DNA of 32,504 nucleotides from Campylobacterales bacterium (lineage in GTDB: Bacteria > Campylobacterota > Campylobacteria > Campylobacterales > Sulfurimonadaceae), in assembly GCA_038205935.1 (NCBI GenBank), contig JBBRBK010000019.1, forward strand, positions 1 through 32,504. The letters run 5' to 3'. The notes beneath the pieces were generated by a model. The model was not told the DNA's origin. It saw only the letters and a list, made by a program, of their open reading frames with translations, and did not search any database. Positions 29,301-32,504 of the stretch are shown here, piece after piece. Within the stretch, counting starts at the first letter, position 1. Every line of letters starts with the position of its first letter. Both the position numbers and the translations under genes were made by a program.

Positions 29301-30019
29301 AAAGCATATTCCCAACCTTTCATTGAAGCATCAAAAAAATCTTTTACTAATTTTGGATTATTTTTTATATATTGTGATGATGTATAGAGTATGTCTCCAT
29401 AAAAGTCAAAACCATAATCTTTTGGTTGAAACATTTTATACTCTATATTTTTATTTCCTAAGGATACGGGTTCATTAGATATATATGATGCCATAGCATC
29501 AGTTTTATTGTTAATTAAATCATTAACATTAAAACTGTGTTGCTGAATTTTGATGTCACTAAGATTCAAACCATTTGCATGCAACATAGCGGTAATTGCG
29601 GCTGTATCAGTTGCATCATCAGTAATCATCAACCTTTTATTTTTTAAATCACTTACGTTTTTAATACCACTATTTTTAGTAACCAGCAACATAAGAGGGG
29701 ATTCTTGAAATATCGCTCCTAGTGCAACTATATCTTCTCCATGAGCTTTATCAATGAGTAAAGATGGTCTTCCAATAGCAAAGTCAGCTCTCTTTTCTTT
29801 AGTGTAAGTAGCCTTATTTAAATCATAAGTAAATTCTTTTATTTCCACGTCTAAGCCAGCATCTTTATAAAAGCCTTTTTCCTTAGCCATATAAAAACCA
29901 GCAAATTGAAACTGATGTAACCAACTAAGTTGTAAAGTTACTTTTTGATCAGCCATGAGGATTGGGTTAAAAAGAAAGAGCAAGAAAAAAAGGTTCATAA
30001 AGATGTTGTTTCTATTCAT
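26399..30019 (-). CDS. Membrane-anchored c-di-GMP enzyme: NMT1/THI5 (SsuA-like) periplasmic binding domain, TM, three PAS domains, GGDEF and EAL
   Basis: Signal peptide, LQLSWLHQFQFAGFYMAKEKGFY (NMT1/THI5 start), TM, PAS motifs (NKSAERFYGY; DGLWDWN...HPDD; HQDD...RWV), DSLTGLPNR, RDED I-site, GGDEF, EAL and DDFGTGYSSL. Confidence 0.92.
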   Translation of the reverse strand: MNRNNIFMNLFFLLFLFNPILMADQKVTLQLSWLHQFQFAGFYMAKEKGFYKDAGLDVEIKEFTYDLNKATYTKEKRADFAIGRPSLLIDKAHGEDIVALGAIFQESPLMLLVTKNSGIKNVSDLKNKRLMITDDATDTAAITAMLHANGLNLSDIKIQQHSFNVNDLINNKTDAMASYISNEPVSLGNKNIEYKMFQPKDYGFDFYGDILYTSSQYIKNNPKLVKDFFDASMKGWEYAFRNTNETVEVIFNKYNTQNKTKSDLLKEANVLKEFLYDDNDNKIGCLDKNKLEKIVDVYKVLGLINHDVDLDAFIYEYNPHKTYAFELSKVEIIYLIIIGASILTLLIILFIFYSIKSKLLVTNSKLFVEVKNAKKELQIGYEELRKLTERYKSLFHSNMAIELIIDPLTQEIVDSNKSAERFYGYDRDALHAMKMSEINILTPQEIQNEMQLAKEQKREVFHFKHKLHDGTIKDVEVYSGPIELEGKTYLYSIIFDITQKMELEKTQNILQERLSYAMKGSNDGLWDWNIQSNEVFFSVRWKEILGYADDELQNDFSTFETLLHPDDVQLSWMEIERFVASRDPQDRFSINFRMRHKDGHYVPILSRAEKFFNDNKEVVRLVGTHVDITEIKVLEEELEQSYEMLQKLTENIPGALYQYRLYPDGSATFPYISKGIENIYELSPQDVLLGVQPVFDNIHQDDLAMIHASIEDSAKTMKDWNMQYRVNLPKKGIRWVEGHAKPEKLEDGSTLWHGFLNDITERIYAQNELREQKDILYHQAHHDSLTGLPNRILFNDRLEKAIETAKRNKKTIALLFIDLDHFKEINDSLGHNFGDEILKIISNRLLEVTRDEDSIARLGGDEFTVILEKLSQVQDASLIANKIINALSQAIIVAENTLYISCSIGISIYPDDGVSAQNLLKFADSAMYKAKDEGRNNFQYYNSTMTELAFERVVMEANLRVALQNEEFIVYYQPQINGVTDKLIGMEALVRWQHPTMGLVSPAKFIPLAESTGLIVELDRFVMKTAMTQFALWYKAGLNPGTLAMNLAVKQLKQEDFIETLQNLIKDTECKPEWLELEVTESQIMTNPEEAIKILQQISDIGVELAVDDFGTGYSSLAYLKRLPIDKLKIDQAFVRELPDDEEDSAIARAIIALGKSLNLKVIAEGVETKEQKDFLVTNGCENIQGYFYSKPLPADAIEKMFILAK

Positions 30020-30107
30020 GGTTTAATTATTCCATATAAAGTTATGTTGGTGCTTAAATATAATGGCTACATTTTTTCAAGCTTTATTAAAAACCATATT
30101 TTTTAAA

Positions 30108-30116
30108 ATTATACCA
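30108..30116 (-). promoter_or_regulatory. Extended -10 promoter (TGGTATAAT) for the NMT1-PAS-GGDEF-EAL gene
   Basis: ATTATACCA on the + strand, about 90 nt upstream of ATG 30019. Confidence 0.55.
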
Positions 30117-30200
30117 GGGTTTTCTACCAGAATAACCCGGGGACAGTATACTGATTAATTGCAACTTGCGATATATTTGAGCAGATAGATTTTATCTTTT

Positions 30201-30314
30201 CTCGCTCCCATGCTTTGTTTGGGAATGTGTACTTTAATTTATTTTATTTTTACATGTATGCATACCAAGGGCATTTCTTTGGGGGCACATTCCCAAGTCC
30301 AATTTGGGAACGAG
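30201..30314. repeat. REP-doublet / REPIN-like inverted repeat element
   Basis: Left arm CTCGCTCCCATGCTTTGTTTGGGAATGTG (30201-30229) and right arm CACATTCCCAAGTCCAATTTGGGAACGAG (30286-30314) are inverted copies. Each arm is itself a TCCCA...TGGGA hairpin. Confidence 0.75.
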
Positions 30315-30329
30315 TAGAAAATCTTCTTT

Positions 30330-31031
30330 TTAGTTTTTCATAGACTTAATAAAAGATTCGTAAATCTGTTCTAGTTCGAGATCTTTTTCTAAGAGATTTT
30401 TATTGTCTTCAACGACAATGTGTTCTAAAATAGCTACACGTTTTAAGAGGTACTCAAACATCTCTTTGTTGATATCTGGAAGCATATTGTGCATAAATGG
30501 ATCTTTACAGCGACCTTTTTCTATGGTATGTGCTGGAATACCGATGGCTGTTGAACATGCAGGAACATTTTTTACGACAACAGAGTTTGCACCTATTTTA
30601 GAATGCTCGCCAATAGTGATATTTCCAAGTACTTTCGCGCCCGCGCCGACGACGACATGATGGCATATTGTCGGGTGGCGTTTTCCCGGTTCCAAACTTA
30701 CACCGCCGAGTGTGACACCTTGATAGATAAGCACATCATCTTCGATGATAGTTGTTTCTCCAATAACTACACCAAAACCGTGATCAATGAAAACACGTTT
30801 ACCAATAGTTGCAGCTGGATGGATGTCTATATTGGTTATGATCTGGTTGAGTCCCATAACCGTACGCGCGAGTTGCTTAAAACCATTCTTGTGCAAACGA
30901 TTTGCAACTCTATACCAAGCAATAGCCCAAACTCCGGGATAATTGAACAAAAAGTTTGTATACGACGTAAGCGCCGGATCGTTTTTATATGCGTTTGAAA
31001 AATCTTCTTTTATTTCACTAAATAAGCCCAC
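30330..31031 (-). CDS. cysE: Serine O-acetyltransferase
   Basis: DPA, YPG, IDIHPAA, FIDHG, GVTLGG, KRHPT, GAGAKVLG and GIPA. Confidence 0.96.
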   Translation of the reverse strand: MGLFSEIKEDFSNAYKNDPALTSYTNFLFNYPGVWAIAWYRVANRLHKNGFKQLARTVMGLNQIITNIDIHPAATIGKRVFIDHGFGVVIGETTIIEDDVLIYQGVTLGGVSLEPGKRHPTICHHVVVGAGAKVLGNITIGEHSKIGANSVVVKNVPACSTAIGIPAHTIEKGRCKDPFMHNMLPDINKEMFEYLLKRVAILEHIVVEDNKNLLEKDLELEQIYESFIKSMKN

Positions 31032-31040
31032 TTAAACCCT

Positions 31041-32504
31041 TTATCTGGTTGTTCTAAGATAACCATTTTGGTACATATAATTTTCTAATTTTTGAAGTGT
31101 ATCATTTTTTTCTTCTTCTGTTATAAAATCACTCTGTAACAGATTCGTTTTAAGTTTGATTAATAATTCTCGCGCATTATAACCCATATCATCAAGAATA
31201 TCCATAACGCTGATAGAATCTTCTATATTATAGAGTTTAAAACCATCTTCTGTGATTTCAACACTACACTCACTTGGATGAGAAAAAAGATTGTGATTCA
31301 TTCCCAAAGTTTCTTGGTACGCTCCGACATTGAAAAATCCTAAGAAATACTCTTCATTATCAAGATCTACGTCATGCAGATAAAGCGGTTTTTTTGGATC
31401 AAAACCTATCTCTCCATCGCTGTCACATGTGATGTCCCATAAAGATGCCGGACGGATCGCTTTTTGATCGAGTCTATCAAGTGGCATAATAGGAAAACTT
31501 TGACCCAGACCCCAATAATCCGGAAGACTTTGAAAGATAGAACTGTTGATCAGATATCTTTCCTGAAGTCTTTCTTGAAGCTTTTTGATCTCCTGAGTCG
31601 GACTTTCCTGAGAGATATACAGAGCTTTTTTAATGATATTATGCGCTAAAATCTCCGCATTTGATCTATCTTGAAGATCGATATATCCAAGATCAAAAAG
31701 GGTCAAAAGTGATTCGATATGATCAAGTGCATCGTGGAGGTATTCCATAGCATTTTTAGGGGTTAAAAGATCATATAACTCTCGAAGTTCTTCAATCAAT
31801 GGAGGATTTATCTCTTTGAATTTGATATGTTGCATCTGATAATCTTGAGTGAAAAGCTCCAAAACAGGCGCAATCAAAACAGCATGAGATGCAACAATAA
31901 AACGGCCTGATTCTGTGTAAATATTTGGATGTTCAACAGATTTTGAGTTACTTACTTCACGAAGAAGGAAAACAACATCATTTGCGAACTCTTCGATAGA
32001 GTAGTTTTTAGCAGATTCATTTTTATGCTGAGAGTATTCTACCGCAAGACCGCCACCGATATTGATGCTGTTAAGTGCGTCTGCACCCATTTTTTTAAGC
32101 TCCGCATAGATATTACCAGCTTCTCTAAGAGCACGTTTAAGAGGTGAGATATCTGACATTTGAGAGCCGATATGAAAATGAAGCATCTTAAAGTGTTCCA
32201 TCTTGTTTGAATCACGAAGTAATTGCATCGCCTCTAAAATCTCAGTAGAAGTCAGACCAAATTTTGCGTCCATGCCTCCACTTTTTGCCCAAGTGCCGCT
32301 TCCTGAAGAGTGAAGACGAAGACGAATACCGATGTTTGGCATTTTTAAGTCACAAGATTCTGCAACTTCTAAAATCGTCTCCAACTCGCCTAAACCTTCG
32401 ATGGTAATAGTGATGTTATGTCCACTATGAGCCGCTATAAAGCCAAGCTCGATGAGTTCCGTGTCTTTAAATCCGTTAACGGTGATAGGATATCCCAGAG
32501 GAGT
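31041..32504 (-). CDS. speA: Biosynthetic arginine decarboxylase, 5'-partial (frame is open to the window end)
   Basis: ITVNGFKD, WAKSGG...KFGL, HFHIGSQ, IGGGL, TESGR, SIFQSLPDYW, DITCDSDG and GAYQE. Confidence 0.96.
   Translation of the reverse strand, partial: TPLGYPITVNGFKDTELIELGFIAAHSGHNITITIEGLGELETILEVAESCDLKMPNIGIRLRLHSSGSGTWAKSGGMDAKFGLTSTEILEAMQLLRDSNKMEHFKMLHFHIGSQMSDISPLKRALREAGNIYAELKKMGADALNSINIGGGLAVEYSQHKNESAKNYSIEEFANDVVFLLREVSNSKSVEHPNIYTESGRFIVASHAVLIAPVLELFTQDYQMQHIKFKEINPPLIEELRELYDLLTPKNAMEYLHDALDHIESLLTLFDLGYIDLQDRSNAEILAHNIIKKALYISQESPTQEIKKLQERLQERYLINSSIFQSLPDYWGLGQSFPIMPLDRLDQKAIRPASLWDITCDSDGEIGFDPKKPLYLHDVDLDNEEYFLGFFNVGAYQETLGMNHNLFSHPSECSVEITEDGFKLYNIEDSISVMDILDDMGYNARELLIKLKTNLLQSDFITEEEKNDTLQKLENYMYQNGYLRTTR

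Larger units (their letters stand above)
2534..30258. repeat. Dispersed palindromic octamer TACATGTA, 12 exact copies
   Basis: Copies start at 2534, 4526, 14033, 14388, 16381, 17347, 19642, 20996, 21422, 24876, 26267 and 30251. Seven extend to TTACATGTAA. Counted by eye. Confidence 0.8.

Noticed and set aside
30020..30200. c-di-GMP (GEMM) riboswitch upstream of the GGDEF-EAL sensor
   Set aside because: No GGCAAA / GNRA-receptor two-stem consensus, and the hairpin present lies upstream of the -10 box.
30201..30314. Mini CRISPR array
   Set aside because: The repeats are inverted rather than direct, there are only two, and no cas genes are present.
408..31649. Numerous short antisense or alternate-frame ORFs in the track (e.g. 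1833-2381, 5308-5778, 9267-9629, 21736-22146, 30603-30998)
   Set aside because: They lie entirely within well-supported genes, have no recognisable motifs, and are expected shadows.
32384..32504. speA start at the TTG at 32384
   Set aside because: The frame stays open with SpeA-like sequence (ITVNGFKD) to the window end, so the true start is outside the window.

Overview
This is an AT-rich bacterial chromosomal window. Gene content, gene order (ilvI-ilvH-lpxD; speA-cysE...aspB) and TGnTATAAT promoters without -35 boxes point to Campylobacterota, probably a Sulfurimonas-like organism (inference). In order it holds: a 5'-truncated AEC transporter fused to a fragment of an unrelated VirD4/TraG/HerA-like ATPase, an N-terminally extended HemD, a BaiN-type flavoprotein, a non-canonical ClC, RhlE, a complete kdpFABCDE operon (kdpF is missing from the ORF track), a GGDEF(degenerate)-EAL gene followed by a ZrgBCD-like ABC/DUF3299 module, a CoA-binding protein, ilvA, a Ppx/GppA protein, ilvI-ilvH, two tandem divergent lpxD genes, a 73-aa hypothetical, aspB, a 1206-aa NMT1/THI5-PAS-GGDEF-EAL sensor, a REPIN-like inverted repeat, cysE and a partial speA. 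The most notable signals are an over-represented palindrome TACATGTA (12 exact copies counted by eye, HIP1-like), the tandem lpxD paralogues, the chimeric junction near nt 118, and the ClC with altered selectivity residues. I saw no rRNA, tRNA, CRISPR array or transposase.
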